The notes beneath the pieces were generated by a model. The model was given only the letters and a program-made list of their open reading frames with translations. It had not been told where the DNA came from and did not search any database. Made by a program: the position numbers and the translations under genes. Positions 1-9,185 of a DNA stretch of 64,000 bases are shown piece after piece. The DNA is from Trueperaceae bacterium. GTDB taxonomy: Bacteria > Deinococcota > Deinococci > Deinococcales > Trueperaceae. Numbering within the stretch: position 1 is the stretch's first letter; every line of letters starts with the position of its first letter. Location: positions 1,056,001-1,120,000 of the forward strand of contig JAXHLW010000013.1 of assembly GCA_034521815.1 (NCBI GenBank). Direction: 5' to 3'.

Positions 1-204
1 CGTGACCGGCGCCGCCACAAGATCAAGGAGCTGCCGGGCACGCTGCGCGAAGCGATCGTGGCGTTCGAGAAGGACAAGGTCATGCAGGCCGCCCTCGGCG
101 AGCACATCGCCGACCAGTTCGTCGATTCCAAGACCGCGGAGTTCGAGGAGTATCGCGTCGCGGTCCACGACTGGGAGCTCGACCACTACCTGTCCGAATA
201 CTGA
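1..204 (+). CDS. glnA: Glutamine synthetase type I, C-terminal end (partial)
   Basis: Frame 1 reads ...IKELPGTLREAIVAFEKDKVMQAALGEHIADQFVDSKTAEFEEYRVAVHDWELDHYLSEY*, a typical GSI C-terminus. Not in the ORF track because it is 5'-truncated. Confidence 0.9.
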   Translation, partial: RDRRRHKIKELPGTLREAIVAFEKDKVMQAALGEHIADQFVDSKTAEFEEYRVAVHDWELDHYLSEY

Positions 205-239
205 GGGACGCCGAGCAGAGCTCGGCTCGAACCCGAACC

Positions 240-281
240 ACGACGATCGGCCGGCCGACGAGCCGGCCGATCGTCGTTTCC
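240..281 (+). terminator. Intrinsic terminator-like hairpin between convergent glnA and the GH13 gene
   Basis: Perfect 16-bp inverted repeat acgacgatcggccggc / gccggccgatcgtcgt, 6-nt loop, only a short T run. Confidence 0.7.
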
Positions 282-352
282 GTCGCGGCCCAGCGTCTGC
301 GGCCCAATGGCGCGTCGCCGCGACCCTGTCGCCAGGCGCGCCGTTCCGCTCC

Positions 353-3300
353 TCAATCCGGCCGCTCGGCAGGCGTCCACGCCACGAGGCGATCGAATCG
401 GTAGCCGCTGTCCGCCTCGGCGCGGTCGAGGAGCCGGGCCAGCTGGGCGATCCGGGCTTTCGGCGTGCCGTTCAGGAGCTGGACGGCCAGCCACGCGCCC
501 CGCCAGGCCGCATACCCTTCGCTGCGGTACCAGCGGACGCCTTCGTGGACGTGCACGCCCAGGACCGTCCGGACGGGCCCCGCCTCGTCCAGCTGCGAGA
601 GCGTGGACCGCACGGTACGTACCGCCTCGGGGTCCACCTCCGGGTCCACCCCTTGGACGACCTCGGGGCTCGCCGTCGCCGACGTGACGTCGCCGCGCTC
701 CGTCTCCCGAGGACGGTCGGCGGCTTCGCGGTCGCGGGCGGACGCGCCTGTTTCGGCGGTCTCGGCCGGCCTCGCTGTCGTCCCGGCCGTCTCGCGATCG
801 GCCGTATCGCGATCGGCCGTATCGCGCGCGCGTCGTGTGGGCAGCGACTCGAGCCAAAGCGTGGCCCATCCTTCGGCGCTCACGCCCAGCGGCTCGTCCC
901 GAACCAAGCGGCTCGCGACGGCCCGGTCCAGCCGTAGGCGCCGAGCCGCATCGGCCGGGCGCTCGAACGACGCGGCGACGGCCCAGGCGCGGCGCCAGGC
1001 CGCTCCCGGCGCCTCGGCGTCCGCCGGTACACGTGTCCACATCGTCCGCAACCGGTCTTCATCGAGGAGAAGGTCGTCGGCGACCTCGCGCGCAGCTCGC
1101 TGGAACGCCTCCAGGTCGCGGCTCGAGGGCAGGCCGGAAGGCGGCGCCGTCGCGGGCGACACGGCGTCGCTGCTCGACGCGACGGCCCGTTCCGACGCCG
1201 GCTCCCTAGGGTCGGCCTGCCCGGACTGGACCTGGCCACGCTCGGCAGGCGCCGACTCCGTGGGTGCCGACTCCGTCGGCGCCGACTGGGTGGGCGCCGA
1301 CGTGGCCGGCGTCGACTCGGTCGACGTATCAGGCGAGGTCGGACCCGTGGGCCGGACCGCACCGGAACTCTCGCTGGCCAGCGACGCGAACGCGCGATGG
1401 AGCGGAGCGAGCGCCAGCTCGTGCATCGCATCGTCCAGGTCGGGCACGCCGCGCCCGTCCAAGTGGCCGAACAGCCGTTCCCAGCTGCCGTCCGTGTCGC
1501 GGATCTCGCGGACGTCCAGCAGCACACGGCACTGGTACGCACCGAGGTGGACCGAAAGACCTTCATCCCGCCAAGCGTCCGATCGTGCGAGGTGCTCGTC
1601 ACCGCTCGCGAGCTCGCGGTAGCGCACGAAACGGTCGACGCCCCCACGCAGGCCCAACGCGTCCCCGAGGCGCTGGCGGTGCGTTCCCCCGCCAGCCTGA
1701 TCGGAAAACGGCACCGTCTGGCGGATCGTGCCGTGGGCCTCGCCGAAGCGGTTGTGGTAGAGCACCAGGTTGGCAGGCCCGCCGTGCTCGCCGTTCGCGT
1801 ACGCGAACAGATCGTGGACCGGTCCGTGCGAGCCATCGACCTCGAACAGCCGGAAGCGATCCGTGCCGGCGAACGCCGGACGGCGCTCCAGCAGGGGCGC
1901 GATCTGGGCTCGGTGCCGGGCCACCATGCCGGGCTCGGGGCGCTCGTCGAGCTTCGCCCGGCGGTACTCCATGCCGTACTTCTCGCGGAGCCCCTCGACC
2001 TGGCCGTGTCCGAACATCGGAAGCCCGGGCAGCGTGGCCATGAGCGTGGCGACGCCGTACGCCTTGTCGCCGTCGCCGAACTGCGCGATCGTGGTCTCCT
2101 CGTCGGGGTTGTTCATGAAGTTCACGAACCGGCCCAGAATCTGCGGATCGAACTCGAGCACGTTCCGCATCAGCGACTGGTAGTCCTCGTTCGCCTCGCG
2201 CGCGAGCATGTTCATGAACGCGCTGTTGTAGACGCGGTGCATCCCCAGCGTCCGGACGAAATACCCTTCCATCATCCAGAACGCCTCGGCCAGCAGCAGC
2301 GTGTCCGGGGCCTCCTCGGCGACCCGATCGACGACTTCGCGCCAGAACTCGACCGGCATGCGACGATCGAACTCCTCGTCCGAGATCGAGCCGTAGGCGC
2401 TGCGCGAGGGAATCGCGCCGCCGTGACCGGGCGGCGGGTACCAGAGTCGCTGCACGTGCTGCTTGGCCAACGTCATCGCCGCGTCGAAACGGATGATCGG
2501 GAACCTGCGCGCCACGTCCAGGATCACGTCGATCACGGCCCGGCGCGCCTCGGCGTTCAGGTAGTCGATCTGGGCGGTGTCGTTCCACGGCATCGTGGTG
2601 CCGTCGTTGCCGTGGTAGACGTAGCGCCGCTCGCCGGTCGCGCGCTCCACGCGCTCGAACACGACCGCGGCGTCGCGCGACTCCCAGTACCCGTCCTCGA
2701 TCCGGACCTCGATGGCATCGTCGCCCGACAGGTCGGGGCCCGTGAACGTGTAGCCAGGATAGGGCGGCTGCGGCAGGCTCAGGAACCGGTCGGGGTGCTC
2801 CACCACCCAGCGGCCGTCGATGCCGACGTGGTTGGGCACCATGTCGGCCGCGAGTCGGATTCCGTGACGCCAGGCTCGGTCGCGCAGGTTCCGCCAGGCA
2901 TCGTCGCCACCGAGATCCACAGCGATCTGGTAGTCGTACAGCGCGTACGCGCTGGCGACGGCGTCCGCCTGCCCGCGGAGCCTCTTGATGCGGGCCGACG
3001 CTTCGCTGCGCTCCCACAGGCCGATCAGCCAGAGTCCCGTGAACCCGTGCGAACGAAGGTCGGCCAGCGCCTCGTCGGGCACGTCGTCGAGCCGTCGCAC
3101 CTCCCGGCCGGACCAGCGGGACAGCTGATCGAGCCACACGTAGGCGTTCTTCGCCACCAGGACGACGCTGGGCATCCAATCCGCGTCGGGGCTGTACGCC
3201 TCCGGCTCGTCCCGGCCGCGCGACAGGGACGCACGATCGAGGACCGGCGCCGGACCGGGCGGTCCGGGCGCCCCGCCGGCACGCAGCTCGCTCAACATGT

Positions 3301-4075
3301 CCAGCGACCGCGCCAGCTGCGCGAGCAGCGCCTCGAAGCCGGCTCCCAGCCGCGGTCCCCAGTGGTCGCGGACGTACTGGAGCTGACCTTCGAGCGAGGT
3401 GGGGCTCGCGCGCATCGGGGCCTGCAGCAGCGACCACAGGTCGCCTGACTCGGGCACGTCCGGCAGGCCGGGGAGCGAGGCCAGCTTGCGCTCCATCGCG
3501 TCCGTCACGGCGGCGTCGTCGTCACCGAGCGCACGATCGTCCACCAGCTCACGGAATCGCTCCAGCGCGGGGTTCTCGTTGGCGAGCCTGACGGCGATGC
3601 GCTCCTCGAGCGCGACCTCGCCGCTCGGGATCGCGTCGACCGACCCGGCCAGCCACGTCTCGACCGTGGCGTTCCCCTGCATCACGTCGGCCGGCGGAAA
3701 CGCAGCGACGAACGCCCGCTTCGCCGCGCTCAGCCTCTTCGCCCCCAGCCGCTCGGTGAGCTCGGCGTCCAGTCGAGAGGTCCAGCCTGGATCGTGCTCC
3801 CGCCGATACGCGTTCAACATCAGATGGATCGCCTCGTCGAGGAGTCCCGCCGCGACGATCTCGGCGCCCGAGACCGCAGCCTCGGGGAAGCGGCGCGTAT
3901 CGCGCCCTTCGTTCATGCGGGCGGCCATCCGCTCGGCGGCAGCGGGGTCGGCGACGAGCACGCGACCTCGCAGGTCGACGAGCGAAGCCTCGACGCCGTA
4001 GCGACGCCTAGCCGCCAGCGTGACGTGAAAGTCGCGCCTCAAGCGGACGCCGTCCGGAAGCTCGAGGATGATCAT
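353..4075 (-). CDS. Large alpha-amylase-family (GH13) glycoside hydrolase
   Basis: GH13 regions ADMVPNH, IRFDAAM (nucleophile), LLAEAFW (acid/base), FMNNPDE. Start taken at the ATG after caggag; a GTG at 4096 is an alternative. Low-complexity repeat inserts in the C-terminal part. Confidence 0.85.
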   Translation of the reverse strand: MIILELPDGVRLRRDFHVTLAARRRYGVEASLVDLRGRVLVADPAAAERMAARMNEGRDTRRFPEAAVSGAEIVAAGLLDEAIHLMLNAYRREHDPGWTSRLDAELTERLGAKRLSAAKRAFVAAFPPADVMQGNATVETWLAGSVDAIPSGEVALEERIAVRLANENPALERFRELVDDRALGDDDAAVTDAMERKLASLPGLPDVPESGDLWSLLQAPMRASPTSLEGQLQYVRDHWGPRLGAGFEALLAQLARSLDMLSELRAGGAPGPPGPAPVLDRASLSRGRDEPEAYSPDADWMPSVVLVAKNAYVWLDQLSRWSGREVRRLDDVPDEALADLRSHGFTGLWLIGLWERSEASARIKRLRGQADAVASAYALYDYQIAVDLGGDDAWRNLRDRAWRHGIRLAADMVPNHVGIDGRWVVEHPDRFLSLPQPPYPGYTFTGPDLSGDDAIEVRIEDGYWESRDAAVVFERVERATGERRYVYHGNDGTTMPWNDTAQIDYLNAEARRAVIDVILDVARRFPIIRFDAAMTLAKQHVQRLWYPPPGHGGAIPSRSAYGSISDEEFDRRMPVEFWREVVDRVAEEAPDTLLLAEAFWMMEGYFVRTLGMHRVYNSAFMNMLAREANEDYQSLMRNVLEFDPQILGRFVNFMNNPDEETTIAQFGDGDKAYGVATLMATLPGLPMFGHGQVEGLREKYGMEYRRAKLDERPEPGMVARHRAQIAPLLERRPAFAGTDRFRLFEVDGSHGPVHDLFAYANGEHGGPANLVLYHNRFGEAHGTIRQTVPFSDQAGGGTHRQRLGDALGLRGGVDRFVRYRELASGDEHLARSDAWRDEGLSVHLGAYQCRVLLDVREIRDTDGSWERLFGHLDGRGVPDLDDAMHELALAPLHRAFASLASESSGAVRPTGPTSPDTSTESTPATSAPTQSAPTESAPTESAPAERGQVQSGQADPREPASERAVASSSDAVSPATAPPSGLPSSRDLEAFQRAAREVADDLLLDEDRLRTMWTRVPADAEAPGAAWRRAWAVAASFERPADAARRLRLDRAVASRLVRDEPLGVSAEGWATLWLESLPTRRARDTADRDTADRETAGTTARPAETAETGASARDREAADRPRETERGDVTSATASPEVVQGVDPEVDPEAVRTVRSTLSQLDEAGPVRTVLGVHVHEGVRWYRSEGYAAWRGAWLAVQLLNGTPKARIAQLARLLDRAEADSGYRFDRLVAWTPAERPD

Positions 4076-4222
4076 GGCGGTCTCCTGCGTCTGCACGAGG
4101 CGGCACCGCCTCGCGACGGGTACGGTAAGGGATACTGATCCGACGGTACCACGGCGGGTCCAGCCGCTTCGGGGACCGCTCCGTGCCCGTCCGTACGACC
4201 CGTCCGTACGAAGGGAGCTCGC

Positions 4223-5149
4223 ATGCCTCCGTGGAAGCGATTTCGTGCACGATCCCGTGAGCGACGCAGCGCCGCACGGCTCACCGCCGTCGCGATGGTG
4301 CTGGCGCTGCTCGCGGCCTGCGGCGGCGAGGCCCCCCTTCCCGGCGATCCTCTGCGGATCGCCAGCGCTCGTCTGTCGGATCCGGTCCTCGGCGAGCCGT
4401 ACCGCGCCGACGTCGTCGCGGTCGGCGGCTTGCGGCCGTACGACCTCAGACTCGAGGAGGGGACCCTTCCACCCGGGATCGCGCTGCAGAGCGGCGTGCT
4501 GGTCGGAACGCCCACCGAGCTGGGCCGGTTCGAGTTCACCATCGCCGTGTCGGACGCGAATCTCGCGTCCACGTTCGAGACGTTCACGCTGTCCGTTCGC
4601 GACGTGCCCGTCCCGCGGCTACAGCTGGCCGTGCCGGACACGGAGGTGCGCGATACGACGGTCCTTCGTGGCCGCATCGAGGACGCCCGGAAGTTGCGCG
4701 CCGTTCGGCTCCGCCTCCGCTGGGGCGACCTCGGTCTGACGCTGCCCGACGACGCGGTCAGCGCGTCACGATCGGACGTCGCCCTGTTCTGGGAGCCCCT
4801 TCCGGACGGCGTCGCGATCGACCTCGCCGTCCTGGGCGAGCCGTACACCGGCTCGGGAGAGCTGTTCCAGCTCGCGGTGACCACCGACGAAGCCACGCGT
4901 CTCGGCTTCGACATGACCGTCGAGATGCTCTACAGCGATCGCCACACCTACGACACGCGACGCCTCGGCGGATCGCCCGGCCCGGCGAATCCTGTCGCCG
5001 ACGCCGAAGACGGCGGAGCGATCCCCGACGACGACGCCCCCGGCGAGACGACGACCGATCCGAACGATGAGGATCCGAACGATCAGGATCCGAACGATGG
5101 CGACACGAGCGATCCCGAGACGGGCGATTCCGAGACGGGGACGCCGTGA
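4223..5149 (+). CDS. Lipoprotein with putative Ig (He_PIG-like) domain, cohesin-like domain and acidic repeat tail
   Basis: RBS aagggag; lipobox LLAAC; GGLRPY..GTLPPGIAL..GVLVGTPT..G.F.FTIAVSD Ig pattern; then a beta-rich domain ending GSGELFQLAV resembling cohesin; DPND repeats. Confidence 0.7.
   Translation: MPPWKRFRARSRERRSAARLTAVAMVLALLAACGGEAPLPGDPLRIASARLSDPVLGEPYRADVVAVGGLRPYDLRLEEGTLPPGIALQSGVLVGTPTELGRFEFTIAVSDANLASTFETFTLSVRDVPVPRLQLAVPDTEVRDTTVLRGRIEDARKLRAVRLRLRWGDLGLTLPDDAVSASRSDVALFWEPLPDGVAIDLAVLGEPYTGSGELFQLAVTTDEATRLGFDMTVEMLYSDRHTYDTRRLGGSPGPANPVADAEDGGAIPDDDAPGETTTDPNDEDPNDQDPNDGDTSDPETGDSETGTP
5057..5098 (+). repeat. 15-bp in-frame tandem repeat (gatccgaacgatNag x~3) encoding DPNDE/DPNDQ
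   Basis: Read directly from the sequence. Confidence 0.85.
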
Positions 5150-6563
5150 GACGCGTCTCGATCCGTCGCTACGTCCTCGCGCTGGCGTGCGCGCTGGTCG
5201 CGCAGGGGACCGCGACCTCCGTCCTCGAGCGATCGCTCGCGGAGATCTTCTCGCGTGCCGACGTCGTCGTGTACGGCGAGGTGGTCGCGACCGACACCGA
5301 GGTCGTCGACGACCAGATCCGCACCCGCGTCGAGATCGAGGTCGAGCGCGACATGGGCGGTGCCGGCGATGGAACCGGTGGCGACGCCGTCGATGGACCC
5401 GCCGGCGAACCCGGGGACGACGTCCGCACCATGACGTTTCTCGCGGGCCAAACACCCTCGGGCCGCACGACCGTGGTGGACGACGTTCCCCTTCTGGCCC
5501 GAGGCGACCGAATCCTCGTGGCCTGGTATCGCGACGAAGGTCTGGTGAGCCCGATCGTCGGGGTGTGGCAGGGACTGTGGCGTCTCAGCGAGAACGGCCT
5601 GGTGGACCTGAACGGACGCGTTCTGGGCGTGGACGACGGATCGATCACGCTCGGGGGCGTCGAGCGCGACGTCGCCACGGTCCTCGACGCGATCGAGGCG
5701 GCGCTGGGCGACAGCGACGAGGTGCGGCTGGACGACCGGGTCTCCATCAGCGACCGAGACGCTTCGGAGGACGCCGCGCCGGACGCTTGGACGCCGCGCC
5801 GGACGCCTCGGCGGACACCGATCCGAACACCGAAGCCGACGTCGCGGAGGACGCCCCGCTCGAGGGCGCGTCGGACGCCGCCGAGCCCGTGACGCCTGTC
5901 GCGGAGGCGACGGCCGCTGACGAACCGGCCGCTTCGTTCGAGCTGCGATTGGACGTGCCCGACGACGCCGCGCTTCGCTCGGCGCTCGACGACGCGGTCG
6001 AGAGCTGGAACGACGTCGGCGTTCCGCTGCGTCTCGTCGTGGACGACGAGGCGCCGGATCGCGTCACGATCGGCTCGCTCGCGGCGTTCGGATCGGACGC
6101 GCTGGCGTATTCGCAGCGCGTGGACGGTCGCGAAGGCGTCGAGCTGCTGCTGCGCCCCGGACCGGAAGGGCGACGCGTGGACGTGCTGGCGCGAGAGCTG
6201 GGGCGCTGGGTCGGACTGCCCGACGGTACGAGGGCCGGCCCCGACCGCGCGGAGTCCACGAACGCCTTGCGATCAGGGACGTTTCCCCCCAGCGACCTGC
6301 TTCGCCTCGACGCGGACGACGCGGCGGCGCTGCTGGAGGCCCGGAGCGGTCGGCCGGAGGATCAGAACGGCGACGGGGTCGTCGACCTGTACGATCTGGC
6401 CCTGCTCGCGGAGGCGTACGGATCGGTCGGAACGCGTCTGCAGGCGGACCTCGACGGCTCGGGCCGGGTGGACGACGCCGACCTCGACCTTCTCGAAGAG
6501 GCGTACGAGTTCCTGCCGCCGTCGCGTGACGACCCTAGCGAACGAGGATCGGCACAGAACTGA
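5146..6563 (+). pseudogene. Secreted protein with degenerate matrixin-like domain and C-terminal dockerin, frameshifted by a 20-bp duplication
   Basis: ORF 5146-5892 (signal peptide, ATSV..SL.E...RADVVVYGEV domain) joins the frame ending at 6563 if one 20-bp copy at 5769-5808 is removed, giving 465 aa. The C-terminus has two Ca-binding repeats, DQNGDGVVDLYDL and DLDGSGRVDDADL. Confidence 0.7.
5769..5808 (+). repeat. 20-bp tandem duplication ggacgccgcgccggacgc(t/c)t causing a frameshift
   Basis: Two adjacent copies differing at one base. Confidence 0.9.
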
Positions 6564-6593
6564 TCCTGCGCAGGACCGATCCTGCGCAGGACG
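6562..6593. repeat. 16-bp tandem repeat, each unit containing the palindrome tcctgcgcagga, between convergent genes
   Basis: gatcctgcgcaggacc gatcctgcgcaggacg; can fold as hairpins and may act as a terminator. Confidence 0.75.
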
Positions 6594-6614
6594 GCCTCGC
6601 GCACGATCGATCGC

Positions 6615-6902
6615 TCAGCCGGCAGCGACCCCGTCGATGGCCCGCGCGAGGTCGACGTCCTTGGCCGTGATGCCGTCCGCATCGTGCGTCGTGAGGTCGA
6701 TGGTGACACGGTCGTAGACGTTCGAGAGCTCGGGATGATGCCCCTGCTTCTCGGCCTCGATGCCGACACGGACCAGGAACGCGAGCGCTTCGGGAAAGCC
6801 TCCGAAACGCATCGACCTGTGAAGCTTGCCGTTCTCGACGGTCCAACCGGAGAGCGACTCGAGCGCGGTGCGAATGGCGTCGTCGTTCAGTGCCTCGGAC
6901 AT
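6615..6902 (-). CDS. phhB: Pterin-4-alpha-carbinolamine dehydratase
   Basis: AEKQGHHPEL...LTTHDADGITAKD motif; RBS aggagg before ATG 6902; 95 aa. Confidence 0.92.
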   Translation of the reverse strand: MSEALNDDAIRTALESLSGWTVENGKLHRSMRFGGFPEALAFLVRVGIEAEKQGHHPELSNVYDRVTIDLTTHDADGITAKDVDLARAIDGVAAG

Positions 6903-6943
6903 GGGCACCTCCTGCTGCGAGCGTGTCAGACGAGCCGAGGGCA

Positions 6944-6990
6944 GCACGTAGGGCCGGGCACGTAGGGCCCGGCACGTAGGGCCGGGCACG
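6944..6990. repeat. Intergenic 14-bp tandem repeat gcacgtagggcc(g/c)g x3.3
   Basis: Read directly; lies upstream of the pterin dehydratase gene. Confidence 0.85.
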
Positions 6991-7024
6991 GAGGCGCCGG
7001 AATCGCGCGCGCCCGGACGGGCGC

Positions 7025-9031
7025 TCAGATGCGCCGGCTCGGGATCGTCGTGCTCGGCAGGTACGCGGCGACGACCTGCTGCGCGCCGTGCACGCAGATG
7101 AACGTGCCCGCGCCCAGCCGCTCGACCAGGTGCTCACGGAACGACCCGATCACCTGACCGGGCAGCATCGCGACGAGGTGGTCCGCGCCGCGAATGCCGT
7201 AGCGCCGAACCGTTATCGTCCGCCCGTTGACGGTGATGTCGACCGGATCGCCCACGAACGGAACGACCGCGGCAGGCTCGGCGGACGGGTCGGTCGCGCC
7301 GATGAGCGCGATCGCGTCGGCCAGCGCGTCGGGCGACCCGTAGAGCGCCAGCAACGCGCGCTGCACGAACCCGCGCAGCCAGCCTTCGTCGAGCTCGCTT
7401 CCGATGCCCCTGGCCGCGCCCTGCATCAGCCGATGGATCGCCTCGCGTCGGTCCGGCGCCTTGCCTACGATCTGCCCGGCGCGGCGGATGGCGTCGCTGA
7501 CCAGACTCGACGGATCGCCGGGCGCCCCCGGCGCGAGCATCCGGAGCACCGACAGCTGCACCTCGTGCTGGGCGCTGGCCAGCACGTGCAACGCCGCGGC
7601 CGCTTCGGCGACGCGAGAGGCCAACGACCCGCCACTCTCGCGCGCACGAAGATGCAGGTAGTCGCTCTCGAGGAACGTCTCGACCTCGTTCCCATCGACG
7701 AGGACGACGCGGTCTTCGTTCAGCGGCACCTCGACGTCGCCCACGTACAGGTGTCGTTCCTGGCCTTGCACCGTGATGGCGAGCTCGTGGCCCGCGAACG
7801 GCAGTCGTACCGGACCGGCGAGGCGTAGCGTCACGCTCCGGGCCGACCCGGGAAGGTCGGTCCGACGGAGACCCGGCGAGACCGCGAACAGCACGCCCCC
7901 GGAGAGCTGCGGCTCCTCGGCGGAGCCGCCTACCGACCGCGGGACGAGCTGCTCGAGGCGAGCGAAGAACGCCTCGACGTACTCCTTGAACTTCATCTGG
8001 TCGCGCCTGAGCATCGCGATCTGGCTCCGCTCCACCTCTTGCCTCTCGCGCAGCTGGCGCTCGAGATCGCTGCGCCGTGCCTGACGCTGCCAATCGGACA
8101 GCCTCTGGCGGGCGAGGTCGCGGAGCGCGGAACGCAGCTCCGACGCGTCGGGGCCGCGGGGCTCCACCGCGGACCGCTTGCCCGCATAGGGATCCTTGGT
8201 CACCTCGAGCGCCATTCGCCGCAGGTAGTCCAGCGACTGCCTTCGCTCGATCGGTGGCGCGGGATCGTGCGTCCTGAGCCGCATGACGGTGTCGACGACG
8301 TCGCGGGCGATCAGCACCAGGCTGTCGACGTCGGACAGCGACACCAGCGGATCGACGCGATCGGGTACCGGCTCGACGACCCGGAACTGGCGCAGGTTGG
8401 CGTCGTGCTCGAACGCCTTGGTCGCTCGGAACCGTTCGAAGTTGCGCATCGTCGCGTAGAGAACACGTGCGGTGATGCGTTCGCGCTCCGCGCGCCACGC
8501 CGCTGCCATGCCCTCGGCGAACCGCTCGACCTCGCGTCCGAACACCCGCTGGGCGAGGCGCTGGAGCACCTGCTGCTCGTAGCGCTCCGCGTCGGTCGGT
8601 GGCGCCGACGACTCGGGTCCCGCCAACAGAACGGCCTCGTCCGTGTCGCCGAACAGGAACTCGTCGGCGATGTCGAGCGACGCGCCCCCCGACCCGGTGA
8701 CCTCGAGGCGCGTTTCGCCTGCCCCGGACGTGCCCCAGTCGTCGTCCAGCGTCAGGTCTGGACTCTCGCCCACGACGAGATCGTCGAACGCCACCTCGGC
8801 GTCGGGGTCCGTGCGCTCCAACGCGGTTTCTCGCTGCCCCAGCTCCCGGCTCAGCGCCTCGTAGCGGGCACGCTGAACAGGCTCGAGCTTGTGGGCCATT
8901 TCGTCGATCTGCCGGCGAAGCCGCCAGATCGAGTCAGCCCCGCCGCGAACCGCCCTGCGGTGGCGCAGGTCGTCCATCTTGTACTCGAACAGCTCGAGCG
9001 CCAGGGTCAAGGAGGCCGTGTCGTGGAGCAT
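7025..9031 (-). CDS. Hypothetical protein (668 aa) with coiled-coil segment
   Basis: Long ORF with protein-like composition. Start chosen at MLHDTASLTLALELFEYK, 9 nt downstream of TATACT. No recognisable catalytic motif. Confidence 0.75.
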   Translation of the reverse strand: MLHDTASLTLALELFEYKMDDLRHRRAVRGGADSIWRLRRQIDEMAHKLEPVQRARYEALSRELGQRETALERTDPDAEVAFDDLVVGESPDLTLDDDWGTSGAGETRLEVTGSGGASLDIADEFLFGDTDEAVLLAGPESSAPPTDAERYEQQVLQRLAQRVFGREVERFAEGMAAAWRAERERITARVLYATMRNFERFRATKAFEHDANLRQFRVVEPVPDRVDPLVSLSDVDSLVLIARDVVDTVMRLRTHDPAPPIERRQSLDYLRRMALEVTKDPYAGKRSAVEPRGPDASELRSALRDLARQRLSDWQRQARRSDLERQLRERQEVERSQIAMLRRDQMKFKEYVEAFFARLEQLVPRSVGGSAEEPQLSGGVLFAVSPGLRRTDLPGSARSVTLRLAGPVRLPFAGHELAITVQGQERHLYVGDVEVPLNEDRVVLVDGNEVETFLESDYLHLRARESGGSLASRVAEAAAALHVLASAQHEVQLSVLRMLAPGAPGDPSSLVSDAIRRAGQIVGKAPDRREAIHRLMQGAARGIGSELDEGWLRGFVQRALLALYGSPDALADAIALIGATDPSAEPAAVVPFVGDPVDITVNGRTITVRRYGIRGADHLVAMLPGQVIGSFREHLVERLGAGTFICVHGAQQVVAAYLPSTTIPSRRI

Positions 9032-9185
9032 CTTGGCGCGAGTATACGTATCCCTCTCGGCGACGGGCGCGAAAGGCCCCACACCGTGGTCCGGGACACC
9101 GTGATCCAGCGCGCTTGACGGCCCTCGGCCCCTGGGGGATGATGACCGTGGACGGGCGGTGTTTCGCCCGAGGAGGTCTAGGCCA

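Noticed and set aside
6944-6990. Possible CRISPR array
   Set aside because: Head-to-tail 14-bp units with no spacers and no cas genes; a simple tandem repeat.
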